From: Takakia lepidozioides
Taxonomy: Eukaryota > Plantae > Bryophyta
DNA length: 64,000 nucleotides
NCBI GenBank assembly: GCA_030704615.1
Contig: CM060733.1
Span: 4,526,001-4,590,000 of the forward strand
Reading direction: 5' to 3'
How positions within the stretch are numbered: position 1 is the stretch's first letter; each line of letters opens with the position of its first letter. Below, one piece after another: positions 35,190 through 48,400 of this stretch. Below the pieces are notes generated by a model. That model worked only from the letters and a program-made list of their open reading frames with translations. It searched no databases and was not told where the DNA came from. The position numbers and the translations under genes were made by a program.

Positions 35190-37480
35190 ATGCATTACTT
35201 TCCGATCATCCCGCGATTGAGGGCACAGTACCGAAGCCCCGAATTGGCTAGACTCATGAGATGGCACGCCTCGCATCAGAGCCCCCTGGGAAAGGTGTGC
35301 GGGCCACAAGATTCACAAGCATGGAGGCATATTGAAGAGATGTGGCCTTTTCTCTTGGAGGACCCACAACATGTCCACCTCGGTTTCTCCTCGGATGGGG
35401 TCAACCCATTCTCTGTCCAGTCATGTAGTCATTCCACTTGGCCGGTGACCATGGTGAATTACAACATCCATCCGTATCTTTCAATTAAAAAATGCCATAT
35501 CATGTTGGCTACCATTGTGCCAGGTGAGTGTTCTCATTTCATGTTTATTATTGCCTTGGACTTTCCATTAAACTTCTGATCTGTGACGCAATTCGGATGC
35601 AAGATTGATGAGTGACATAATCATGGAGTAAGACGTGTAATTCATTTTGTAATACAATTTGCATATTGGTGGAGCATTGAAACAATGATGTGAATGTCTC
35701 ATAGGGAAAAAACAAGTGGCAAACATGGACACGTACTTGCGACGTCTTGTTGATTAACTTAAGGAGCTATGGAGGGTGTCTCGGCATTGGATGCTTCACT
35801 TGACCCTATGGGACAATCTTTTCAGATGAGAGACATCTTGCTTTGGACAATGCATGATTATCCAGGTATATTATGTTCCCCATGAACAACCCGCGTACAT
35901 TCACTTGTCAATGTCGGATAATATCGATGAGGATTGGGATTGATTGAAGTAGCGGCGACAGTCTTGTGCACCGTAGTGGGGTAGATGGCATTATGGGCCA
36001 TGCACATGACAACTTTTTGTCTTTGCTAATGTGGTTGGATGTGTAGTACAGGAATAACTGTTTGCTCGGGGCTAAGCACCAAAGGGTACCATGCATGCTT
36101 GTATTGTGGCAATGATCTTGATGCACATAGCTCCCGCCATCTTCACAAGATGGTGTATCCCAACTACCGCAAATTCTTCCTATGAGCCATCGATGGAGAA
36201 GAAGAGAGAAACACTTGTTTGATGGCAAAGAGGAAGTACGTTCCCCCCCCCCCCCCCCCCCATGATACCATCCGAGCAATTTTGGGAGGACCGATGGAAG
36301 GAGGCCCATGCAGGCACGGACAGTGAAGTGGATGTGCCCAGCATGAAGCAACTTTCAATCTTCTACAAGTTGCCATATTGGGCGGTACATATTCCACAAA
36401 AACACCGTCAATATCCCTATGCATGCATGTGATATTGCACATTTGGTATGCGTTGCATTGTCACTTTCACGTCAAAAAATTTGTGTAAGTATTTGTGGAT
36501 GGGGATATATGTAGGACCTGAAGATTCGCCATCTTCTAGATCCCATGCATATTGAGAAGAATGTCTGCTCGTCCTCTTTCGGGTTCTTCATGGCACGCCG
36601 ACAAAGAAGGGAGTGGCTGCAAAAGGAGATTCTCTCGGTGTTAGAAAGGAGCTTGAGGAGCAGGGTCACATACGTCATCTATGGGCCGAACAAAAATGGT
36701 GTGGACCCAAAGGTGTTTACGGTGGAAGTAAGGCGCGCACCTTGGCAATAGACAAAAGGAGAATACAAGAAAGTGATAGCCACCATAAAACTTGTTATCC
36801 GAACACCAACTGATTATGGGTCATCCCTCCGTACGAAGTTCAGCGAAGAAAACGGGGTCCATGGTTTGAAGTCTCATGACTACCATAATCTATTGCAAGA
36901 CATCTTGCCCATTGCAGTACGGGGGACATTGACTCCCGAGGTTCGTGAGACAATCTATAGATTATGAGGCTTGTTCCGGTGGATTTGCTCCAAAGAGTTG
37001 GAAGAAGCGGATTTTCCACGCATGAAGAAGGAGGCGGCGGAGGTAATGTGTATGTTGGAGATGCACCTTCCTCCCTCTTTCTTTGACATCCAAGTGCACT
37101 TGGTAGTGCACTTAGTGGAAGGCTTCGATTGCTGGCCCCGTTCATTCTCGGTGGATGTACTTCCTTGAGCGTTATATGAAGATTGTGAAACTTGGATTTG
37201 TAAGACAAATGGCGCACCCATAGAGTAGCATGGCGGAGGGGTATACATTGCAATAAGCTACGTTCTATTGCACGGAGTACATGGCAAGGGTGGATGAGGA
37301 AGCCCCTCGGATGTAGAAGGAGAGGAGGATGCACGAACCAATGACATCGTTTTGCCCAAAAAAAAGAGGAGAGTAATTTTGCCGACCTTGGTGATTAAGC
37401 AAGCGCATGACTTCATACTGAAGAACACCCCATCCATACATGAGTGGGAGGCAAGATACAATAACCTTGTTCAGCAATGA
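35190..37480 (+). pseudogene. CACTA/En-Spm transposase (Tnp2 family) remnant with introns
   Basis: YFPIIPRL..MRWH..DSQAW..LGFSSDGVNPF..STWPV; MHDYPG; DPMHIEKNVC; GLKSHDYH; FFDIQVHLVVHL; no CACTA termini found. Confidence 0.88.
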
Positions 37481-38049
37481 GAGGAGGAGACGCTTGCATA
37501 GAGGCGGAACCATCCAAGGCCGGTTACTAGACGCCCACGACGAGGAGCGGGCCGCCGGAATGATTGAATACTTTTGTAAGTAGCACCATGTGCACTGAAA
37601 CCAAAACCAGCCCTACTTTGTGTGCCTCTTTAGCTATTTATGACGATGACTCCGATGACCAAGAAGACTTGCAGCTTGATGAGGATGAAGAAGCTTCGGA
37701 TGATGATGTTCAAGTTGATTAGACACGAAATCATAGCTACATAACAATTCTCGCACCGAACTTTACCCATCCCTTCGATTGATTGTACATGTATATGCAT
37801 ATTGTAGCTTATTTCTATGATTGATTAAATATGGCTGTGGCTGGTAGTCTTTCAAAAAAGAAGGCAGAGGCATTGAATAGGTTGGAGCAACACATACAGA
37901 TGTGGTATTAAGAGAATTATAAAAATGAATGTCACAATCTATAAGAAGGTCCACAACAACAAGCTAAACCATAAAGAAAAACAAACACCCTACCCCAGTA
38001 CCATATGAAAAGAAAATAAAAATAAAATTAAGAACCCCCAAAGGCCCTA

Positions 38050-41000
38050 TGTTGCGCGGCTTTTACTCACCCATCCCTTCGCTATCCGAGGCGGAAACTC
38101 CAAGATAGAAGAGTTGGAAATCTCTAAATACTCAGCCCGCTCAGAACAATCAGTCATGACCTACAGCTAGTGTATCATGGGGGTGTTTCCTATTTGTTTT
38201 CCTTCTCACATTCATGTTAGCTAGTTACCTTACTGCTGGTAATTAAGTATCAGTTTGCTTCATCAATTTATCGGATTCCATCAACTCATCCATTAATTCC
38301 ACAGCTTCACTCAGATCTCTCTACACAGTGTGAGTGTGAAGTGTGTATCAGATTAAATCTATCAAGTATCAGGCTGAAGCCATGGAGTCTCGAATCTGCT
38401 CTACATTACAATTCTACTGCCTACATTCATTAAGCATCAACAGATCCTCCTCCTACTCCGTGCTCTCCATCTTTCTGCTCAGAGATACGCTCTCTCCTCC
38501 TTTCCCCAGTGATGTCCGAAGTCTCCCCCAGAAGTCTCCTTCCTCTCCTTCCAGCTCCCCCCCCAAGTGCTCCAAAAAATATCCCCTTTTAGTCCTTGCT
38601 CCTAGCTTTATCTTCCTACCCGTTGTTCTAACCGTTTTCCTTACTAACCGTCGTCCGTGAACTAACATGTTCCATTCGCAGGTGTTGTTCCCCATTGGGT
38701 AACTGCTGGTTTCCTCTTCAATTGGTGTTGCTGACACTACACCACACCACATACTTCTTAAACAACTTAGGCCTTCCAGCCGCATCTCTGCAACCTGCTC
38801 CCACTCTGGGTGTGCCGCAAACAGGGTAGCTTCCTGCTCCTCATCCAGTCCTCCTCTCCAGTCATACTCTCTGACCCTCGAGGTCTTCTCGTAGCAGGTA
38901 ATCTACTAGATTTCTTTGAGGTAATTTGTATCTCGTGTATCCCATTATGCGGTTAGTAACTGAGAATTCCAGTCATGGAATACCCTGGCCTGTTTCAGCC
39001 ACGGACGTCCCAATAATAAGGAGTAAGCCTCCATGACTTCATCCATCTTCAACATAGTTACTGTGATCATAAAGATCATCTTCTGTATCTGTATCTTAAC
39101 TCCTCTTATTAATCCCAATGGCTGTACACTTCTTTGATCTGCCATTGTTATTGTAAATGGGGCTGGTTTCATGTTACTTAGACCAAGCTTCTTCCTTAAT
39201 GGTCTGTCATGATATTTACTCCAGAACCTCCATCTATCAGTACATCAGTTAGTTCTGTGCTTCCAATTCTCAATTGGATTACTGGCATAGAATCATCAAA
39301 GTCCATGACTGTTTCTCGCCCTTCCGGCTTCACATTATAACTAGTCACCTTGCTGTTCAGGTCTGTGTCTCATGTCTCCTGGGCAATTCGATTGATTGCT
39401 TGATACAGCCTGTGTCTACAATAAGGTGCCACAGCCAATAGCTGTCCAATGGTAATCTCTGCTTTGGTCTGGCATATTACTTCAGCCAAAGTCTCTTCAT
39501 TACTTTGCATGTCTGCATCTTCTTTCTTCCTTTCATCCTCACTCACTTCTTCTTCTCCATCAGAATCAGAGGAATCTGCCACAGGAATATCAGTACTCTT
39601 CTGCATTTCCCTTATGGTATCTGTCACTTCCTTGTGCAGTTCCTTCTCATCTCTCCAAGCCTCATCATCTTCAGGCATATCACTGCCACCTTCATTATCA
39701 TCTTCTTCCTCTACTACTGGAGGTATTAGTTTGGCTTTACTTCTTGTTACGATCATTGTACTTACTTCTGGTACAACACATGGCCTAACCATGTGAGCTG
39801 CCACCACTGGGCCCTCATTCACAGGAGCTCTCATCTCATTCTGGTGTCTAATCCAGAATGAACAGGCTGCCTTGCGATGTCCTGGCTGATTACAATAGTA
39901 ACATAGTTCTTCACCATTGGGTCCTCGCCCTTGGTCTGTTCTTGGATTATTTCTGTAATCCTGATTCCCGGGCTGGTAATTCCCCCTTGGATTACCCTGA
40001 TAGTTGCCTCTGGAATTTCCTTGGTAATTCCCTCTTGAATTACCTCTCCCTTCCATGCCATTGTTATAACCACCAGACCTACCATAGTGGTCCTGATCAT
40101 TGTTTCTTCTTGGCTGGGGCTGCACCTTGCTTAGGTTCTCTTGTCCTTCTGTTGTAGTAACAATTCTCAGTAGAATAGTTATCCATTTTAAAGATAGTAC
40201 AGTGTTTCTCCTTCATGTGGCATTCAGTGGTGGTATGGCCTTCATTCTGGCACTTTGCACACCATACACCCTTCCTCCAATGTGTTGCAGCCTCTGTGGC
40301 ATACTTCTTCAAGATTTCTTCCAATCTTTTCTCATAGTTATCCCTCTTCAACTTCTCCTTTCTCTTACTCTTCCTTTTTAGTTCTTGCTCTTCTTCTTCA
40401 TCTGACTCATCCTCAGAGTCCTCATCATCCCTTTTCTCTCTCCTGAGCATTCCCAATTGCTCAATTCTGTTTGCAGTTTCAAATGCCTCCTCCACTGTAT
40501 TATGGGGTAACATATCCACTTTCTTTGCAACTCTGGTTAGTCCACTCACAAACCAAGTCTTCTGTAAACCTGGTGCTGGTACTGCAACCAGCTTTTTCAT
40601 CATCAATTCCATCTTTCCATATACTCCTCAACAGTTTCATGCTTCTTTTGCTTTAACTGTTGTAAACTTCCATACACTTCATCCTCAGTTTTACTTGTCC
40701 TGAACCTATTTCGGAATGCTGTATTCAAGCCATTCCAGGTTAGGAATGATTATCAGGGAATCTTGCATACCATTCACTTGCTTTCTTATAAGTGAACAAG
40801 GAAACAATCTCATCTTGGCATCATCGCCATTCTCATTGTTCACTATACACATGTGCTCAAATTGGCTAATGTGTACATCGGGATCCCCTTTTCCTGAATA
40901 TATTGGAAAAGGTGGTTTTGCCCGTGTTGGTTGTAACGCCATCTGTGGCCCTACTTTCTGCCCACTGACAGGTGCTGGCACCTTGCTGGTGCTGGTCCTT

Positions 41001-43962
41001 CTGGACCTGTTGTTGTTGTGGTGGATCTTCCACCAAGTGGTGGCCCTTGAGCACTCCCTGCTTCTGGCCCCACGATATTCACAGTATTCCCAGCTTCAGT
41101 TGCACTACTTCCCACACTCTCTGTCCCCCCAGAGCCAGATCCAGGCAGCCCGCCTGATCCCCCTGAGCCGACACCTTCGTTGGCCTGTGATCCAAGTGCT
41201 CCACTTGATCCAGGTCCAACGGGTTGGGATGTCCTGGTTGTAGTCTCAACCTCAGCTGTTGGGTCTACTTCTTCATATTCTTTCCTCTTCCAATTTCTTC
41301 TCTCTATTTTCATCCTCCAAGTTTCTGCCCTTGGGTTTCTCTTCTTTCACTCATGTAACTCAAACTGTAATGGTGTTGGAGAGTCTGAACTCTCCATTGG
41401 CTCTGCCACATCCTCTCCTCCTCTCTCACCTTCCGCTTCAGAAAACTGGAGTTCTTGCTTTTTGGTGTTCCATGCCAACTCTTATCAAAGATTTCTGTCA
41501 AATCTTTTATCCAGGGATGTACCTCAGATCTTTCACCTCGTGATTGATCTTCTTCCCGTACCAATTCCTTAATCTTTCTTGCAAAGAAACAGAAGGAGTG
41601 GCATCCAACTCTAGTTCTTCCGGTATGGGTGATGTACTCTTTGATCTTAATGGTGTGAGAGGTCCAGATGATTCCCCTATGTCTATTCCTCTCTCCCAAA
41701 GATATGGATAATTAGCTTTCAGATAGCTTTCTTTTTTTGCTGAATATCTCTGGCGTTAGCTTCTCTTTCATCACTCATGTCCATGTCTTTCATTTCTTTT
41801 TAATGTGGCAATAACCAAACTCTCTTCTGTAATATCTCTCGTATATGCCTGGGTTTTCTTCAAGCTTCAATGCACCCTTGGCTATACTTGAAGTCTCCGT
41901 TACCATATAACCATATGGCAAACAAGTCTGAAAAGCTGTTCTTGGTGTGAGTTTGATCCACAAAATATCCTTTGGAATCCAATTCTTTACCAGTACAAGC
42001 TCTTCATGCATCTATGAGTATAAAACATTCACTTTCTTTCCTCCCAGCCTTCAAACTCTACTCGCTTAATGGATAGCAATGCTATCACATAAACTCGCTT
42101 AATGATGATAGGCAATGCTATCACATCAACCAGTTGGTAACCACTTGCTCTCCCTCCTACCGCCACCTGATAAATCTTTATCACTCCTTTCTCCAACCCC
42201 CCACTCAGGGTCAGCATCTACACTCTCTTAAGAATGTTTTCTTTACAATCGTCTGGCAATTCCAAAAACCTCTGGAAGAATCGTTTGGACAATCTTTCCT
42301 CTCAGTTTCACAAGGAATTTGATTCACATCAAATTCTTAAATTCTCCATCCACCATGATCCCACCAGATGCCTGTCACATCTGGTGTTCATGACCCAGTT
42401 CCTCCGTATGGTCGCCAATGTCGTGCGGCTTTTTTACTCACCCATCCCTTCGCTATCCTAGGCGGAAACTCCAAGATCGAAGATTTGGAAATCTCTAAGT
42501 ACTCAGCCCCTCTCAAGAACAATCATTCATGACCTAACGCTAAGTTATCATGGGGTGTGTTTCCTATTGTTTTTCCTTCCCTCCCATTCATGTTAGCTAG
42601 TTACCTTACTGCTGGTATTAAGTATCAGTTTGTGCCTTCAAATCAATTTAAATCGATTCCATCAACTCATCCATTCATCCCACAATCTTCACTCAGATCT
42701 CTTCTCCCAACAGTGTGAGTATGAAGTGTGTATCAGATTAAATTCTATCAGTATCAGGCTGAAGCCATGGAGTCTCGAATCTGCTCTACATTACAATTCT
42801 ACTTCTACTTGCCATGCCATTCATTAAGCATCAACAGATCCTCCTCCTACTCCGTGCTCTCCATCTTTCTGCTCAGAGATACGCTCTCTCCTCCTTTCCC
42901 CCCAGTGATGTCCGAAGTCTCCCCCAGAAGTGCTTTGCTCCTCCTCTCCTTCCAGCAGTGATTCCACCCCCCCAAAGTGCTCCAAAAATAATCCCCTTTT
43001 AGTCCTTGCTCCTACTTTATCTTCCTACCCGTTGTTTCTAACCGTTTTTTCTCACTAACCGTCGTCCGTGAACTAACATGTTCCATTCGCAGGTGTTGTT
43101 TTCCCCACAGTCGTTCCCGTCCTGCTATCCGTTCCCTATGGTCGTGACAGCTGTGTCAGCTGTGACTGGCTGTGTGAAACGTGACCGTGTCGGGCTTTGA
43201 CTGGCTGTGCGACTTGTTTTGGCTGTGTCGGGCTGTGACTGGCTGTGTGGCTGTGTCGGCTGTGACGGGCTTTGATGGGCTGTGTCGGGCTGTGACATAG
43301 CTGTGTTGACTGTGTCTGGCTGTGTTGGCTGTGTTGGCTGTGACGGGCTGTGTAAACCCCCCCCTAAAGTGCGCTGCTGTCACCCCTAAGGCTCCTGTTG
43401 GTCTTAGTCTGTGCAAAAATTAAGGGTACCCCACAGATTCCGTATAAATGTCTAAGTCTTAGACAGTCCTCTAACATTACCCCTTCCCCTCTCAAAAATC
43501 CGTGTCCTCACGGTGGACGAGTGGTTGACTTGTCTATTGGCACAGGTGGGCCCCTGAACACTGTATTTGAAATATGGGCAGTGAGCTTAGGGAAGCCCTG
43601 TTTTAATTTCTTGTTCGAATTGGATTTGCAGGAGCATCTTTTCATGCGTGCCAAAGCGCCGGAAGGCACTTCTTCGGCATGGAGGCTGATACGGAGCTCT
43701 TCTCAAGCGAGCTTCATCAGCTTGAGTCGGGCACTACTTCTGCCCCATCCACGGAGGGACTTCTGGAGGAGCCCGAAGCGCCTGACGAGGATCTCGACGT
43801 GGACTCCGATTTTGAGTGTGAGTAAGTGCGGCTCTTGTCGTGCAAAATATGTTGCATTTCCTTGTGTCATTCCCGTTCGACAGATGGTTGCTTACATTGT
43901 CTACTTCTATATGATAACATCTACCACCATTCCTCTTCTCGCTTTCCAGAGTTTGGCAACAG
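38050..43962 (-). mobile_element. Non-chromovirus Ty3/gypsy, rearranged: 3' UTR+PPT, LTR (42419-43476), PBS, extra ORF, gag-PR, internal deletion, partial LTR (38050-38695)
   Basis: Inverted copy of 43963-48590; PPT GAGAGGGGGAAGGGG next to 43476; pol joins LTR sequence at ~38696. Confidence 0.85.
43148..43355. repeat. Degenerate GGCTGTG(T/A)C minisatellite in the LTR
   Basis: Tandem 9-10-mers; inverted counterpart at ~44092-44260. Confidence 0.8.
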
Positions 43963-44889
43963 TGTTAGAGGACTGTCTGGGACTTAGGCACTTTTACGGG
44001 ATCTGTGGGGTACCCTTAGTTTTTGCACAGACTGAGACCAACAGAAACCTTAGGGGTGACAGCAGCGCACTTTAGGGGGGGGGGGGGGGGTTACACAGCC
44101 CGTCACAGTCCGACAGAGCCCGTCACAGCCTGACACAACCCGTTACAGCCAACACAACCCGTCACATCCAACACAGCCCGTCACAATCCGACACAGCCGA
44201 CACAGCCGCCACAGCCAGACACAGCCGTCACAGCCAGTCACAGCTTGACACAGCTGTCACGACCATAGGGAACGGATAGAAGGATATGGAACGACTGTGG
44301 GGAACAACATCTGCGAATGGAACATGTTAGTTCACGGATGACGGTTAGTGAGGGAAACGGTTAGAACCACGGAAAGGAAGATAAAGCGAGGAGCGGGGAC
44401 TGGAGAAGGATCACTTCGGGGGGGATCAGAACTTGGAAATGAAGCGGAGAGCGCATCTCTGAGGAGAAAGAGGGAGAGCACGGAATAGGAGGAAAACGAT
44501 CTGTTGATACTGGCTGAATGCAAGAAGTAGAGTTGTAATGTAGAGCAGAATAGAGACACCATGGCTTCAGCCTGATACTTGATAAATATTAATCTGATAC
44601 ATACTTCATACTCACACTGTGTAGAGAGACCTGAGTGAAGCTGTGGAATGAATGGATGGAACTTGAAAGATTTCTGAAGCAAACTGATACTTAATTGCAG
44701 ATAGTAAGGTAACTCGCTAACATGAATGCGGGAAGGAGTACAAATAAGAAACACCCCCATGATACACTAGCTGTAGATCATGACTGATTGTTCTGAGCAG
44801 GCTGAGTGCTCAGAGATTTCCAACTCTTCTATCTTGGAGTTCCCACCTCGGATAGCGAAGGGATGGGTGAGTAAAAGCCGCACGACATT

Positions 44890-45475
44890 TGGCGACCATA
44901 CTGGGGAACTGGGTCATGAACAACCAGATGTGACAGGCATCTGGTGGGATCATGGTGGTTGGAGAATTAAAGAATTTGATGTGAATCAAATTCCTTGTGA
45001 AACTGAGAAGGAAAGATTGTCCAAACGATTCTTTCAGAGGTTCTTGGAATTGCCAGACGGTTGTAAAGAAAACATTCTTAAGAGAGTGCATGATGCTGAC
45101 CCTGAGTGGGGTCTGGAGAAAGGAGTGATAAAGATTTATCAGGTGGCCTGTAGAGGAAGAGCACGTTGGTTACCAACACTGATTTATGTGATAGCATTGC
45201 TATCCATTAAGCGAGTAGAGTTTGAAGGCTGGGAGGAAAGAAAGGTGAATGTTTATACTCATATGCATGAAGAGCTTGTACTGGTAAAGAATTGGATTCC
45301 AAAGGATATTTTGTGGATCAAACTCACACCAAGAACAGCTTTCCAGACTTGTTTGCCATATGGTTATATGGTAACGGAGACTTATAGTATAGCCAAGGGT
45401 GCATTGAAGCTTGAAAGAAACCCAGGCATATACGAGAGATATTACAGAAGAGAGTTTTGGTTATTGCCACATTAA
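44890..45475 (+). CDS. Extra ORF upstream of gag, unknown function
   Basis: Open frame 44780-45475; homologous fragments in the inverted copy (41790-42400); start codon uncertain. Confidence 0.45.
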
Positions 45476-45496
45476 AAGAAATGAAAGACATGGGAC

Positions 45497-48400
45497 ATGA
45501 GTGATGAAAGAGAAGCTAGACGCCAGAGATATTCAGCAAAAAGAGAAAGCTATCTGAAAGCTAATTATCCATATCTTTGGGAGAGAGGAATAGACATAGG
45601 GGAATCATCTGGACCTCTCACACCATTAAGATCAGAGAGTACATCACCCATACCGGAAGAACTAGAGTTGGATGCCACTCCTTCTTTTTCTTTGCAAGAA
45701 AAATTAAGGGAATTGGTACGGGAAGAAGATCAATCACGAGGTGAAAGATCTGAGGTACATCCTTGGATAAAAGATTTGACAGAAATCTTTGATAAGAGTT
45801 GGCATGGAACACCAAAAGCAGGAACTCCAGTTTCTGAAGCGGAAGGTGAAGAAGGAGGAGAGGATGTGGCAGAACCAACGGAGAGTTCAGACTCTCCAAC
45901 ACCATTGCAGTTGAGTTACATGAGTGAAGAAGAAACCCAAGGGCAGAACTTGGAGGATGAAAATAGAGAGAAGAAATTGGAAGAGGAAGAGTATGAAGAA
46001 GTAGACCCAACAGCTGAGGTTGAGACTACAACCAGGACATCCCAATCCGTTGGACCTGGATCAAGTGGAGCACTTGGATCACAGGCCAACGAAGGTGTCG
46101 GCTCAGGGGGATCAGGCGGGCTGCCTGGATCTGGCTCTGGGGGGACAGGGAGTGTGGGAAGTAGTGCAACTGGAGCTGGGAATACTGTGAATATCGTGGG
46201 GCCAGTAGCAGGGAGTGCTCAAGGGCCACCACTTGGTGGAAGATCCACCACAACAACAACAGGTCCAGAAGGACCAGCACCAGCAAGGGTGCCAGCACTT
46301 GTCAGTGGGCAGAAGGTAGGGCCACAGATGGCGTTACAACCACCACGGGCAAAACCACCTTTTCCAATATATTCAGGAAAAGGGGATCCCGATGTACACA
46401 TTAGCCAATTTGAGCACATGTGTATAGTGAACAATGAGAATGGCGATGATGCCAAGATGAGATTGTTTCCTTGTTCACTTATCAAGAAAGCAAGTGAATG
46501 GTATGCAAGATTCCCTGATAATCATTTCCTAACCTGGAATGGCTTGAATACAACATTCCGAAATAGGTTCAGGACAAGTAAAACTGAGGATGAAGTGTAT
46601 GGAAGTTTACAACAGTTAAAGGAAAGGAAGCATGAAACTGTTGAGGAGTATATGGAAAAGATGGAATTGATGATGAAAAAGCTGGCTGCTGTACCAGGTT
46701 TACAGAAGACTTGGTTTGTGAGTGGACTAAGACCAGAGTTGCAAAAGAAAGTGGATATGTTACCCCATAATACAATGGAGGAGGCATTTGAAACTGCAAA
46801 CAGAATTGAGCAATTGGGAATGCTCAGGAGAGAGAAAAGGGATGATGAGGACTTTGAGGATGAGTCAGATAAAGAAGAAGAGCAAGAACTAAAAAGGAAG
46901 AGTAAGAGAAAGGAGAAGTTGAAGAGGGATAACTATGAGAAAAGATTAGAAGAAATCTTGAAGAAGTATGCCACAGAGGCTGCAACACATTGGAGGAAGG
47001 GTGTATGGTGTGCAAAGTGCCAGAATGAAGGCCATACCACCACTGAATGCCACATGAAGGAGAAACATTGTACTATCTGTAAAATGGATAACTATTCTAC
47101 TGAGAATTGTTACTACAACAGAAGGACAGCTGCAAGAGAACCTAGGCAAGTAAGGGTGCATCAGGTGCAGCCCCAGCCAAGAAGAAACAATGATCAGGAC
47201 CACTATGGTAGGTCTGGTGGTTATAACAATGGCATGGAAGGGAGGGGTAATTCAGAAGGAATTACCAAGGAAATTCCAGAGGCAACTATCAGGGTAATCC
47301 AAGGGGGAATTACCAGCCCGGGAATCAGGATTACAGAAATAATCCAAGAGCAGACCAAGGGCGAGGACCCAATGGTGATGAACTGTGTTACTATTGTAAT
47401 CAGCCAGGACATCGCAAGGCAGCCTGTTCATTCTAGATTAGACACCAGAATGAGATGAGAGCTCCTGTGAATGAGGGCCCAGTGGTGGCAGCTCACATGG
47501 TTAGGCCATGTGTTGTACCAGAAGTAAGTACAATGATAGTAACAAGAAGCAAAGCCAAACTAATACCTCCAGTAGTTGAGGAAGATGATGATAATGAAGG
47601 TGGCAGTGATATGCCTGAAGATGATGAGGCTTGGAGAGATGAGAAGGAACTGCACAAGGAAGTGACAGATACCATAAGGGAAATGCAGAAGAGTACCGAT
47701 ATTCCTGTGGCAGATTCCTCTGATTCTGATGGAGAAGAAGTGAGTGAGGATGAAAGGAAGAAAGAAGCTGAGACATGCAAAGTAATGAAGGGACTTTGGC
47801 TGAAGTAATATGCCAGACCAAAGCGGAGATTACCATTGGACAGCTATTGGCTGTGGCACCTTATTGTAGACACAGGCTGTATCAAGCAATCAATCGAATT
47901 GCCTAGGAGACAGGAAACACAGACCTGAACAGCAAGATGACGAGCTATAATGTGAAGCCGGAAGGGCGAGAAACAGTCATGGACTTTGATGATTCTATGC
48001 CAGTAATCCAATTGAGAATTGGAAGCACAGAACTAACTGATGTACTGATAGATGGAGGCTCTGGAGTAAATATCATGACAGACCAATTAAGAAAGAAGCT
48101 TGGTCTAAGTAACATGAAACCAGCCCCATTTACAGTAACAATGGCAGATCAAAGGAGTGTACAGCCATTGGGATTAATAAGAGGAGTTAAGATACAGATA
48201 CAGAAGATGATCTTTATGATCACAGTAACTGTGTTGAAGATGGATGAAGTCATGGAGGCTTACTCCTTATTATTGGGACGTCCGTGGCTGAAACAGGCCA
48301 GGGTATTTCATGACTGGAATTCTCAGTTACTAACCGTGCATAATGGGATGCACGAGATACAAATTACCACAAAGAAATCTAGTAGATTACCTGCTACGAG

